A stretch of 64,000 nucleotides of DNA, from assembly GCA_963666485.2 (NCBI GenBank), contig CAXXUO010000008.1, positions 1 through 64,000 of the forward strand, written 5' to 3'. Below, piece after piece: positions 55,340-64,000 of the stretch. Made by a program: the position numbers and the translations under genes. How positions within the stretch are numbered: position 1 is the stretch's first letter; every line of letters begins with the position of its first letter. Source of the stretch: Syntrophorhabdaceae bacterium (GTDB lineage: Bacteria; Desulfobacterota; Syntrophorhabdia; Syntrophorhabdales; Syntrophorhabdaceae). The notes below the pieces were generated by a model. It was given only the letters and a program-made list of their open reading frames with translations, was not told the origin of the DNA and searched no databases.

Positions 55340-56586
55340 ATGGTTTCGATCTTCGTCCGGTCGACATTGCCGAGTATCGTCAGCGAGATCTCGTTCGGGT
55401 CATTGAATATCTCCCGCGCAATGGTTGCCACGTCCGATCTCTTGATGCTGTCGATCTCGTGCAGCGTCTCCTTGAGGGGGATATAGCTTCCGAAATATAT
55501 CTCGTTCTTCGCGAGCCGGCCCATCCGTGTTTCCGATCCCTCGAGCGCGATGAAGAGGTTCCCTTTTATGTGTTCCTTGGAGAAGGAAAGCTCGGCATCC
55601 GTGATACCGTCATTGCGCACGCGAACGATCTCTTCCCTGATGAGGCCGAGCACCTCGTTCAGGGATTCCTGCGACGTCGACGTCGAGATCCCGAATGTGC
55701 CGCAATCGTGGTAGCAATTCACGTACGAATATATGTTGTACACAAGGCCGCGCTTCTCCCTGATCTCCTGGAAGAGGTGCGAGCTCATGGAGCCCCCCAT
55801 GACCGCGTTGAGCACATACAGTATGTACCTGCGCCGGTCCACCTGGCTGACACCATCCGTGCCTATGCACATGTAGATATGCTCGAGGTCTTTTTCGTAG
55901 ATGTCGATACCGATCGTCGGCTCCGGGGCAAGGAGTTTCCTCCTGTGCGAGCTGCCGTTCGAGATCCCTGAAAAATAGCGGGTTATATTCTCGACACACG
56001 CCTCGTGATTGACCCTGCCGCTGATGGTGATGATGGTGTTCTCCGCCCCATAGTGCTCTTTGAAATAATCCCGTATCGCGCCCGTCTCGAGCGACCCGAC
56101 GGTCTTGTCCGTGCCGAGTATCGGCATCCCGAGCGCGTGCCCCTTGTAGTACGAGGCGTTGAACATATCGTAGATATATTCCTCGGGGCTGTCCTCCACC
56201 ATTTTTATTTCCTGGTTTATGACGTAGCGCTCTTTCTCGATGTCGTCCTCGCTGAAGAGCGACTTGAGATGCATGTCCGACATGATGTCGAGTGCGATGT
56301 CGAGATCTTTGCGGAGGACGCGCACGTAAAGACAGGTGTACTCCCTGCCCGTAAAGGCGTTGATAGAACCGCCTATGGCATCGATCTCGCGCGCGATGTC
56401 ATAGGCTGTACGCCCCTGCGTACCTTTGAAAAGCATGTGTTCGATAAAATGGCAGATACCGTTGTTTGCGGGGCCTTCGTACCGGCTGCCCGCCTTCCAC
56501 CAGATGCCGATGGACACGGTGGAATAATACGATATGGATTCTGTGACGACTGTTATACCATTATCGAGGACAGTCTTCTTATACAT
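55327..56586 (-). CDS. M16 family zinc peptidase
   Basis: HFIEHMLFKGT (HxxEH), NAFTGRE, GGSMSSHLFQEIREKRGLVY; usual position after pnp. Confidence 0.94.
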   Translation of the reverse strand: MYKKTVLDNGITVVTESISYYSTVSIGIWWKAGSRYEGPANNGICHFIEHMLFKGTQGRTAYDIAREIDAIGGSINAFTGREYTCLYVRVLRKDLDIALDIMSDMHLKSLFSEDDIEKERYVINQEIKMVEDSPEEYIYDMFNASYYKGHALGMPILGTDKTVGSLETGAIRDYFKEHYGAENTIITISGRVNHEACVENITRYFSGISNGSSHRRKLLAPEPTIGIDIYEKDLEHIYMCIGTDGVSQVDRRRYILYVLNAVMGGSMSSHLFQEIREKRGLVYNIYSYVNCYHDCGTFGISTSTSQESLNEVLGLIREEIVRVRNDGITDAELSFSKEHIKGNLFIALEGSETRMGRLAKNEIYFGSYIPLKETLHEIDSIKRSDVATIAREIFNDPNEISLTILGNVDRTKIETIWKE

Positions 56587-56590
56587 CTAA

Positions 56591-58669
56591 TTATCGCTGG
56601 CCTTCCCTGAGGACAGCCTTGCGTGACAGTTTGACCCTGCCGTTATCTTCGACACCGATAACCTTGACCCTGATGTCATCGCCTTCCTTTACAACATCGG
56701 AAGCCTTTTTCACGAACTTGTCGTCAAGCTGGCTTACATGGCAGAAACCGTCGAGGTTCGGGCCGAGCTCGATGATCGCGCCCGCGTCGAGAACACGCCG
56801 CACCTTGCCGTCGTAGATAGCCCCGACCTCGACCTCTTTTATGATGGATTTGACTATCTCGATAGCAGCGTTTGCGGATTCCTCGTCAACTGAAACGATG
56901 TTGACCATCCCGGAATCATCGATATCGATCTTCACGCCCGTTCTCTCGATAATGCTCCTGATGACCTTTCCGCCCGGGCCGATGACTTCCCGGATCTTGT
57001 CGGGTTTTATCATCATCGTGTATATCCTCGGGGCGTAGGGCGAAAGGGTTTCGCGGGGCTTTTCGATCGTAGACGTCATGATATCGAGGATATGCCCGAC
57101 ACCCTGCTGGCCCTGGACGACAGCCTTCGACATCGTATCTTTCGAGATGCCCTTGATCTTGATATCCATCTGGATGGCCGTTATGCCTTCGCGGGTGCCG
57201 GCTATCTTGAAATCCATATCGCCGAGGTGGTCCTCATCGCCTAAGATATCGCTCAGGATGATCTCCCGGTCGCCTTCTTTCACGAGCCCCATGGCTATAC
57301 CGGCAACCGGCTCTTTGATCGGGACCCCGGCATCCATGAGGGAGAGACAGCCGCCGCATACCGTCGCCATCGAAGATGAGCCATTGGACTCGAGGATCTC
57401 GGACACGATCCGTATCGTGTAGGGGAACGCCTCTCTTTCGGGAAGGATGGGGGTCAATGCGCGTTCTGCCAGGTTGCCATGTCCTATCTCGCGCCGTGTC
57501 GGCCCGCGCAGCATCGATGCTTCACCCACCGAGAAGGGTGTAAAATTATAATGGAGGAGGAAGGTCTTATACGTTTCCCCTTCGTGGAGCGACTCTATCT
57601 TCTGCTCGTCATCGGATGTCCCGAAGGTGGTTATGGCCAGCGACTGTGTTTCGCCCCGTGTAAAAACGGCGGAACCGTGCGTGCGGGGAAGCACCCCGAC
57701 AAGGCATGAAATGGGCCGTATCTGATCGCTCGCCCGGCCGTCAATTCGTTTTCCTGTAGACAAAAGCTGCTCACGCATGAGGTTGCTCGTCACGTCCTCA
57801 TATGCCTTGGCAATGGACGGCGCCTCTTCTTCAGGATATTTCTCGAGCAATTCCTTTAATATCCGGTCTTGCTTTGCGTACCGTTCGAGCTTGGCTTTTA
57901 CTGCGAAGCTGTCGGTCAGGTCTTTTTCAACATGACCTCTGACCTCTTTCTTCTTTTCTTCGAGGTCTTCCTGGACCGGCACCTGCCGCTTGCCTTTTCC
58001 AATTTTTGCGCACAACTGCTCCTGCATCTCGATAAGCGGCATCATTGCCTGATGGCCGAACTCGATCGCCTCTATGAGGTCCATGCCTTTGACGAAGTGT
58101 GCTTCGCCTTCAACCATGATGATCGCGTCACGTGTTCCGGTGACGACGATGTCGATATCGCTGTCGGCCATTTGGGGAAAGGTCGGGTTTGCCACCAGCA
58201 CCCCGTTTATTCTGCCCACCTTGACGCCGGCGAACGGCCCTTCAAAAGGAATATCGGACACGGATACCGCGCACGATGCCCCGACAAGGCTCAGGATGCC
58301 CGGATCGTTGTCCTCGTCCGCTGAAAGTACAGTTGCAATAACCTGGGTCTCAAACCGCCAGCCCTTGGGAAACAGGGGGCGCAATGGTCTATCGATCAAA
58401 CGCGATGTCAGAATCTCCCGTGTCGTCGGCCGTCCTTCCCGTTTAAAAAAACCTCCCGGGAATTTGCCCGCGGCATATGACATTTCCTGGTAGTTGACCG
58501 TCAAAGGCAAAAAATCCTTGTCCTTCGGGTTCTTTTCGGAAACAACCGTGACAAGCACCACGGTGTCGCCATAACGGGCAATGACACTCCCGTCGGCCTG
58601 TTTGGCGAGGCCCCCTGTCGTTAAACTTAACGGACGACCCGCGAATTCGATAGATATCTTCTCTTCCAT
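56591..58669 (-). CDS. pnp: Polyribonucleotide nucleotidyltransferase (PNPase)
   Basis: FFKREGRP, SRLIDRPLRPLF, FTRGETQ, RREIGHG, SNGSSSMA, DMDFK, KH and S1 domains. Confidence 0.98.
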   Translation of the reverse strand: MEEKISIEFAGRPLSLTTGGLAKQADGSVIARYGDTVVLVTVVSEKNPKDKDFLPLTVNYQEMSYAAGKFPGGFFKREGRPTTREILTSRLIDRPLRPLFPKGWRFETQVIATVLSADEDNDPGILSLVGASCAVSVSDIPFEGPFAGVKVGRINGVLVANPTFPQMADSDIDIVVTGTRDAIIMVEGEAHFVKGMDLIEAIEFGHQAMMPLIEMQEQLCAKIGKGKRQVPVQEDLEEKKKEVRGHVEKDLTDSFAVKAKLERYAKQDRILKELLEKYPEEEAPSIAKAYEDVTSNLMREQLLSTGKRIDGRASDQIRPISCLVGVLPRTHGSAVFTRGETQSLAITTFGTSDDEQKIESLHEGETYKTFLLHYNFTPFSVGEASMLRGPTRREIGHGNLAERALTPILPEREAFPYTIRIVSEILESNGSSSMATVCGGCLSLMDAGVPIKEPVAGIAMGLVKEGDREIILSDILGDEDHLGDMDFKIAGTREGITAIQMDIKIKGISKDTMSKAVVQGQQGVGHILDIMTSTIEKPRETLSPYAPRIYTMMIKPDKIREVIGPGGKVIRSIIERTGVKIDIDDSGMVNIVSVDEESANAAIEIVKSIIKEVEVGAIYDGKVRRVLDAGAIIELGPNLDGFCHVSQLDDKFVKKASDVVKEGDDIRVKVIGVEDNGRVKLSRKAVLREGQR

Positions 58670-58687
58670 ATTCTTCCTATTAATCCT

Positions 58688-58957
58688 TTATTTTCTGAGA
58701 CCGAGCTTTTCTACCACTTTCTTGTACCTGTCGACGTTCTTGTCCTTCAGGTAATTGAGCAGTCTTCTCCTGCTTCCCACGAGGACGAGAAGGCCGCGCC
58801 GCGAGTTGTGGTCTTTCGAAAATCTTTTGAAATGTTCGGTCAGGGATTTGATCCTTTCCGTGAGAAGTGCGATCTGCACTTCCGGGGAACCGGTGTCACT
58901 CTCGTGGGTTTTGAAATCCTCGATGATTGACTTTTTCCGCTGGGTGTCGAGTGGCAT
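58688..58957 (-). CDS. rpsO: 30S ribosomal protein S15
   Basis: [28 protein letters not shown]. Confidence 0.98.
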   Translation of the reverse strand: MPLDTQRKKSIIEDFKTHESDTGSPEVQIALLTERIKSLTEHFKRFSKDHNSRRGLLVLVGSRRRLLNYLKDKNVDRYKKVVEKLGLRK

Positions 58958-58973
58958 GATGTATATTCCTCCT

Positions 58974-59873
58974 TTAATGATTGATCAATCTTTTTATCTT
59001 AATTGTCTTTGAAGCAAGGTCAGCGACACCCACACCAATAAGCATGCCCTGCTTATTGAAAAGGCGCGCATCTTCCCCGTGCTTCCAGTCCTTGGAATTT
59101 CCTGCGATTGGTACGGGCATCCCGTGTTTCAGAAACTTCTCGAGTGCTGTATCCACCACCATCCCCCGCACAGAACCCAGGATGTTTTCCAATGGTAATA
59201 GATAGTTTAACAGGTCTTGCTCCATTTTGAAATAATCAATATCAGTTCCCATGTTTTCCGTAAAATCACCGTGCTTGGTCCGCTTGAGGGTATAGAGGGT
59301 CGCCCCGCAGCCAAGCTTCTCTCCCAGGTCGCTTGCAAGGGCCCGTATATACGTTCCCTTCGAGCATGTGACCTCAACGTCCAGGTACGGATGCGTGTAG
59401 TCGAGAAGGGTAATGTCGAAGATCTCCACCTCTTTTACCGGCGACTCGACGGGCACGCCGCTGCGCGCCCACTTGTAGAGAGGTTTCCTGTTGACCTTTT
59501 TCGATGAATACGCCGGTATTTTTTGCGTTATCCTGCCGAGGTACGATGCAAGGGAGTCTTCGATCACCTGCCGGTCAAAAGGGTCCGTCGGGGTCTCCGT
59601 CACGACCTTCCCCTCGATGTCCTGTGTTTCGGTGGTCACGCCGAGAAGGAATTTTGCCCGGTACTGCTTCTCGACGTTCTCGAGGTACGGGATGAGCTTG
59701 ACGCCTTCGTCGAGGGCAACCGGCAATATTCCGGTCGCGTTCCGGTCAAGGGTCCCGATGTACCCTATTTTCTTGAACTTATGGATCCTCTTCAGGCGTC
59801 TGATGACGTCATAGGACGACATCCCGGTTTTTTTATCTATTATCAAAAATCCATTCATGGTGCTGATATCCAT
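58974..59873 (-). CDS. truB: tRNA pseudouridine(55) synthase
   Basis: [37 protein letters not shown]. Confidence 0.93.
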   Translation of the reverse strand: MDISTMNGFLIIDKKTGMSSYDVIRRLKRIHKFKKIGYIGTLDRNATGILPVALDEGVKLIPYLENVEKQYRAKFLLGVTTETQDIEGKVVTETPTDPFDRQVIEDSLASYLGRITQKIPAYSSKKVNRKPLYKWARSGVPVESPVKEVEIFDITLLDYTHPYLDVEVTCSKGTYIRALASDLGEKLGCGATLYTLKRTKHGDFTENMGTDIDYFKMEQDLLNYLLPLENILGSVRGMVVDTALEKFLKHGMPVPIAGNSKDWKHGEDARLFNKQGMLIGVGVADLASKTIKIKRLINH

Positions 59874-59893
59874 TTCCTCCGATTCCCCGTGAT

Positions 59894-60838
59894 CTATTGC
59901 CCAACGGGCAACGCATCGAGCAGTTTCCTGCGGGCCTCTTCAAGGGTCCCCTCGATCCGGCACCCTGCTGCATTGCGGTGCCCGCCGCCGCCAAACCTGT
60001 TGCAGACCGCGGCGACGTCCACGATGCCTTTTCCCCGCATGCTGATCTTATACTGGTCCTTCTTGAGTTCGCGCATGAGCACCGCCACCTCGATCCCGCG
60101 GATCTCCTTGATAATTTCAACGAAACCATCCACAAACTCGCTGCTGGTCCCGGTCTTTTCGAACATATCGCCCGTCACATGGACCATCGCCACGGTCCCG
60201 TTGTAGGTCGCAAGGGTGCACAGGACCTCTCCTAAGAGGAGGAACCGCTCCTTGGGATGGTTCTCGTACACCATCATCGCGATCCGGGACGGGTTCGTCC
60301 CTGCCTTCACCATCGCCTCGCATGTCCTGTACGCGCTCAACGACGTGTTTTCGTACCTGAGGGAACCCGTGTCCGTGAACACGGCTGTATATATGTTGTC
60401 CGCGATGTTCTGATCGACTTCCACCCCGAGGTACTTGAGCAGGCGGTATATGATCTCGCCGGTCGACGAGGCCGTGTTGTCCACGTAATTCACTGTACCG
60501 AACTGATCGTTCGTATCATGGTGGTCGATATTGACGAGCGGGGCCTTGAGGGCGATAGCGTCGTGCGCCTTGCCGATCCGGAAAAGGCTTCCGCAGTCGA
60601 GGACGAAGATCGCATCGAACGCGCCGTGCGGCACCGTATGCGTGATCCGGGGAGCGGGAAGGAACTCGTACCGGTACGGCACCTGGTCGTTGAAATAAAC
60701 GGTCGCTTTTTTTCCGAGCGCCTTCAGCGCAAAAGCGAAGGCAAAGGCCGAGCCGATCGCATCCCCGTCGGGATCGATATGGGTGGTCACGAGAAAATCC
60801 TGACCTTCCATGATCAGTTGTTTAATCTTTCTTTTCAT
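59894..60838 (-). CDS. DHH/DHHA1 phosphoesterase (NrnA-like nanoRNase/pAp phosphatase)
   Basis: THIDPDGDAIGS, LDCG, NIDHH, TDTGS, GGGGHRNAAG. Confidence 0.92.
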   Translation of the reverse strand: MKRKIKQLIMEGQDFLVTTHIDPDGDAIGSAFAFAFALKALGKKATVYFNDQVPYRYEFLPAPRITHTVPHGAFDAIFVLDCGSLFRIGKAHDAIALKAPLVNIDHHDTNDQFGTVNYVDNTASSTGEIIYRLLKYLGVEVDQNIADNIYTAVFTDTGSLRYENTSLSAYRTCEAMVKAGTNPSRIAMMVYENHPKERFLLLGEVLCTLATYNGTVAMVHVTGDMFEKTGTSSEFVDGFVEIIKEIRGIEVAVLMRELKKDQYKISMRGKGIVDVAAVCNRFGGGGHRNAAGCRIEGTLEEARRKLLDALPVGQ

Positions 60839-61172
60839 CGGCATCTTTCTTAAAGATCTCTTCTATCCTTTGCACCCTCTCCATCGTGTCATCGAGGAGA
60901 AAAGTCAGCTCCGGTATGTACCTCAGCGTGACCCTCTTGCCGAGCAGGAACTTTATATAACCCTTCGAGCGCCCGAGCGCCTCGAGGGTGTCCTTCTGCG
61001 CTTCATCATCCCCGTATATCGAGACGTACACCTTGCCCGTTTTCAGGTCCTCGCTCATCTTCACTTCGACAACCGTTACAAAGCCAAGCCCGGGGTCCTG
61101 CAGTTCGCGCTGTATAATAAGCGATATCTCTTCCCTGAGCAGGTCCTGGACGCGCAGGCGGCGATATTTCAT
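60822..61172 (-). CDS. rbfA: Ribosome-binding factor A
   Basis: DPGLGFVTVVEVKMSEDL, LRYIPELTF; in the infB operon. Confidence 0.95.
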   Translation of the reverse strand: MKYRRLRVQDLLREEISLIIQRELQDPGLGFVTVVEVKMSEDLKTGKVYVSIYGDDEAQKDTLEALGRSKGYIKFLLGKRVTLRYIPELTFLLDDTMERVQRIEEIFKKDADEKKD

Positions 61173-61468
61173 ATCTCGTCCCCGATAACGATGATCTCGC
61201 TCGACGTATCGATGATCTCACCGAGGTAGAGCGATTCCATATATTCATGCACGTTCTCGATAACCTTGCTCACGTGGTCCTGCCTGACGCCTGCCACCGC
61301 GAAGCCGATCCGGGCGCGCTGCCACAGGTTTGACTGATCGACCTCGATCATGGAAATATTAAACTTCGCCCGGGTCTTTTCAATGACTTTCCTCAGCATC
61401 TGCCGTTTGTCTTTGAGAGAATGATTCTCAGGAAAGAAAATATCGACGCGGGATATGCCAACAACCAT
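61169..61468 (-). CDS. DUF503 (YlxP-like) protein
   Basis: HSLKDKR..KFNIS..EVD..LWQRA; typical position between infB and rbfA. Confidence 0.88.
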   Translation of the reverse strand: MVVGISRVDIFFPENHSLKDKRQMLRKVIEKTRAKFNISMIEVDQSNLWQRARIGFAVAGVRQDHVSKVIENVHEYMESLYLGEIIDTSSEIIVIGDEI

Positions 61469-61488
61469 AAAGGCCGACCATCATGTGT

Positions 61489-61566
61489 CCGTAAGGCGTA
61501 AAGCGTAAGGCGCAAGGCGTATGATGCTTTCCAAACTCCCTACGCCTGACGCCTGACGCCTTACGG
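61489..61566. repeat. Empty heptamer cassette G (arrays only)
   Basis: CGTAAGG-CGTAAAG-CGTAAGG-CGCAAGG-CGTA, a 19-nt spacer, then TACG-CCTGACG-CCTGACG-CCTTACG. Confidence 0.8.
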
Positions 61567-61574
61567 TCTTTTTA

Positions 61575-64000
61575 TTATTCAAGGGTCTGCTTCTCCTTCT
61601 CCTCGATGAAGAACTCGAAGACGTCCCCTTCCTGTATATCGTTATAATCTTCAAAAGAAATGCCGCACTCATATCCTGACTGCACTTCCTTGACATCGTC
61701 CTTGAATCGCTTGAGAGCGGCGATCTTCCCGACATGGAGCATCTGACCCCCGCGCATGACCCTGACCAGTGAATTGCGTGTCGCTTTTCCTTCGGTCACA
61801 TACGAACCGGCGATCATGCCGATACGGGAGACCGAGTAGGTCTTTCTTACCTCGGCCTTGCCTATCGTCGTTTCCACTATCTTCGGTGCCAGCATTCCTT
61901 CCATGGCTTTTTTCACTTCATCTATCATCTCGTAGATGATCGAATAGTGCCTGATATCGACCTTTTCCTGTTCGGCGAGGGCCTGCGCCTTCGCGACCGG
62001 GCGTACGTTGAAACCGATGATGATCGACCCCGAGGCCATTGCCAGGTTCACGTCGGTTTCCGTAATTGCCCCGACGCCGCTGTGCGTGATCTGGACCTCG
62101 ACCGCATTGGTCGAAAGCTTCTTCAGGGACCCGGCTATGGCGTCGATCGTGCCGCGGACATCGCCCTTCACGATGACATTAAGGAATACCTTCTCGGTTT
62201 CCCCGATCTTCGAATAGAGGTCCTCGAGGGTCGTACGGGCGCTCTTCAAGGCCTCCCGCTCACGGAGACGCTCCTGCCTGAACTTGGAGAGCTCCTTGGC
62301 ATAGCGCTCTTCTGTCGTGACGATAAAGCGGTCGCCGCCGTGGGGAACATCCTGGAATCCGACCACAAGAACAGGGGTTGCCGGCGGTGCCGTCTGGATC
62401 CTCTGCCCCTTGTCGTCGATCATTGCGCGAACACGCCCGAATGTCATGCCGGAGATGAACGGGTCCTGTATCTTCAGCGTGCCTTCCTGAATGATCACCG
62501 TACCGATAGGGCCGTGTCCTTTGTCCAGTTCGCTTTCGATCACGGTGCCGCGCGCGAGCTTATCCGGGTTCGCGGTGAGCTCCAGCATTTCGGACTGCAG
62601 GACGATGAGTTCGAGGAGTTCCTTGATGCCTTCTTTCTTCTTGGCCGAGATCTTGGCAAAAAGCGTCGTGCCTCCCCATTCCTCGGGAATGAGATTCTGC
62701 TCGGCCAGTTCTTTCATCACCTTATCTATATTCGCGTTCTGTTTATCGATCTTATTGACCGCGACAATTATGGGGACTTCGGCGCTGCGGGCATGGTTGA
62801 TCGCCTCGATCGTCTGCGGCATCACACCATCGTCAGCGGCAACGACGAGGATGACAATATCCGTGACGAGCGCACCGCGGGCACGCATGGCGGTAAACGC
62901 TTCGTGGCCCGGGGTATCGACAAACACGATCTGCTTGCCGTCAAGGTTGACCTTGTATGCGCCTATGTGCTGCGTAATGCCGCCTGCCTCACGCTCGGCC
63001 ACATTGGTGTCGCGTATCGTGTCGAGAAGGAGGGTCTTGCCGTGGTCGACGTGCCCCATGATAGTGACGACGGGCGGCCTCGGTTTCAGGTTCTCCTGGC
63101 TTTCTTTTTCCTCTTCTTCCCGTGCGAGGAATTCTTCTTCTATGGATACGATCTTCTCTACCTCGTACCCGAACTCGGTGGCCGCGAGGTATGCGGTATC
63201 GTAGTCTATCGATTTATTGACCGTTGCCATGACCCCGAGGGGCAGGAGCTTTATGATGATGTCCTGCGCCTTGACGTTCATTCTGCGGGCGAGTTCGCCG
63301 ACCGTTATCTCGTCGCTAACTTTGACGACGCGGCGTGCCGCCTTCTGTTCCGGCTTCTTTTCTTCTTCAATCCTTCTCTCGGCACCGCGGTCTCCCCTGC
63401 GGTCTTTTCTGAACGAACCGGTCTTTGGACGCTGACGCCTGAACGAATACAGGTCTTCTTCCTTTATGACGACCTTTCGTTTCAGGGCACCTTTTTTCTT
63501 GTCCTTGGACTCCTCTGCCTCCTGCTCTTCTATCTTCTTGAGGAGTTTTTCCGTCTTCTTTTTCTGACGCTCGGGCCCCTCGCCTTCCTCCCCTTCGACG
63601 GCCTTGAAATCTTTTTCGAGGTCCTGCTTGTACGCCTCTTCAAGGACCTTGGTTATCTCTTTTTCCTTTTCTTCGGCAATATGCTCGATATCGCCTTTCG
63701 GGGCGGTGTCTTCGGGAGCGGCTGCGACCTCATGCCCGGCTTCGGGCCCGGCCTCGGCAGCTTCCCGCGGACGCTCTTCTATATGGACATGGAGGTCCTC
63801 GGGCATTTTCCTCGGGACTTCATGCACGGTTTCTTCTTCAGACGCAGGTGCCCTGGCGGCCCTTTTGCGTGTGGGAGCCTTGATCGAAACAGGTTCAGCG
63901 TTCTTATCTTCTCCCGTTTCTCTCGCTTCTTCTTTCGGTTCTTCCTTTGGCCTTTGCGGTGCCTGAACGCGTCGCCTGATGATCGTCGATGCGACCCGGG
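61575..64000 (-). CDS. infB: Translation initiation factor IF-2 (5' end outside the window)
   Basis: MGHVDHGKT, GGITQHIGAY, DTPGHEAF, NKID. The frame stays open to the window edge (RVASTIIRRR). Confidence 0.98.
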   Translation of the reverse strand, partial: RVASTIIRRRVQAPQRPKEEPKEEARETGEDKNAEPVSIKAPTRKRAARAPASEEETVHEVPRKMPEDLHVHIEERPREAAEAGPEAGHEVAAAPEDTAPKGDIEHIAEEKEKEITKVLEEAYKQDLEKDFKAVEGEEGEGPERQKKKTEKLLKKIEEQEAEESKDKKKGALKRKVVIKEEDLYSFRRQRPKTGSFRKDRRGDRGAERRIEEEKKPEQKAARRVVKVSDEITVGELARRMNVKAQDIIIKLLPLGVMATVNKSIDYDTAYLAATEFGYEVEKIVSIEEEFLAREEEEKESQENLKPRPPVVTIMGHVDHGKTLLLDTIRDTNVAEREAGGITQHIGAYKVNLDGKQIVFVDTPGHEAFTAMRARGALVTDIVILVVAADDGVMPQTIEAINHARSAEVPIIVAVNKIDKQNANIDKVMKELAEQNLIPEEWGGTTLFAKISAKKKEGIKELLELIVLQSEMLELTANPDKLARGTVIESELDKGHGPIGTVIIQEGTLKIQDPFISGMTFGRVRAMIDDKGQRIQTAPPATPVLVVGFQDVPHGGDRFIVTTEERYAKELSKFRQERLREREALKSARTTLEDLYSKIGETEKVFLNVIVKGDVRGTIDAIAGSLKKLSTNAVEVQITHSGVGAITETDVNLAMASGSIIIGFNVRPVAKAQALAEQEKVDIRHYSIIYEMIDEVKKAMEGMLAPKIVETTIGKAEVRKTYSVSRIGMIAGSYVTEGKATRNSLVRVMRGGQMLHVGKIAALKRFKDDVKEVQSGYECGISFEDYNDIQEGDVFEFFIEEKEKQTLE

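Overview
A core-genome window from a GC-rich bacterium. The gene order suggests Desulfobacterota/Deltaproteobacteria, which is an inference. Contents, left to right: (1) tail of a Gly-rich gene and a frameshifted DUF2950-like gene; (2) TetR plus a tripartite RND efflux operon; (3) a ~34 kb chemotaxis/flagellar cluster with cheW, an EAL-HDOD phosphodiesterase, cheA-Y-R-HEAT-B-HDOD, fliA-flhG-F-A-B, fliRQPONML, flgE-D-fliK, fliJIHGFE-flgCB, a FleS/FleR-like pair and a FleQ/FgrM-like sigma54 activator; (4) a 59-aa 2[4Fe-4S] ferredoxin missed by the ORF track, followed by pyrR-pyrB-pyrC; (5) motAB and a REC/degenerate HD-GYP gene; (6) ribF, tRNA-Leu(CAG), sppA, scpA, a DHH-CBS tRNA nucleotidyltransferase, xerD, dut, an M16 peptidase, pnp, rpsO, truB, a DHH phosphoesterase, rbfA, DUF503 and partial infB. 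The main structure the genes do not explain is intergenic. Seven spacers are bracketed by inward-facing 7-8 nt tandem arrays (e.g. AAGGCGT x5 / ACGCCTT x4) that mostly start at or beside stop codons. They enclose swappable cargo: dRS3/REP-like palindrome doublets, a 112-bp element with 27-bp inverted ends, or nothing. Also notable are a CheA with a tandem MshEN-like (c-di-GMP-binding type) motif where P2 normally sits, a sigma54/sigma28 promoter hierarchy with apparently leaderless transcripts, and a degenerate HD-GYP regulator coupled to motAB. No CRISPR array, rRNA, transposase or prophage was seen.
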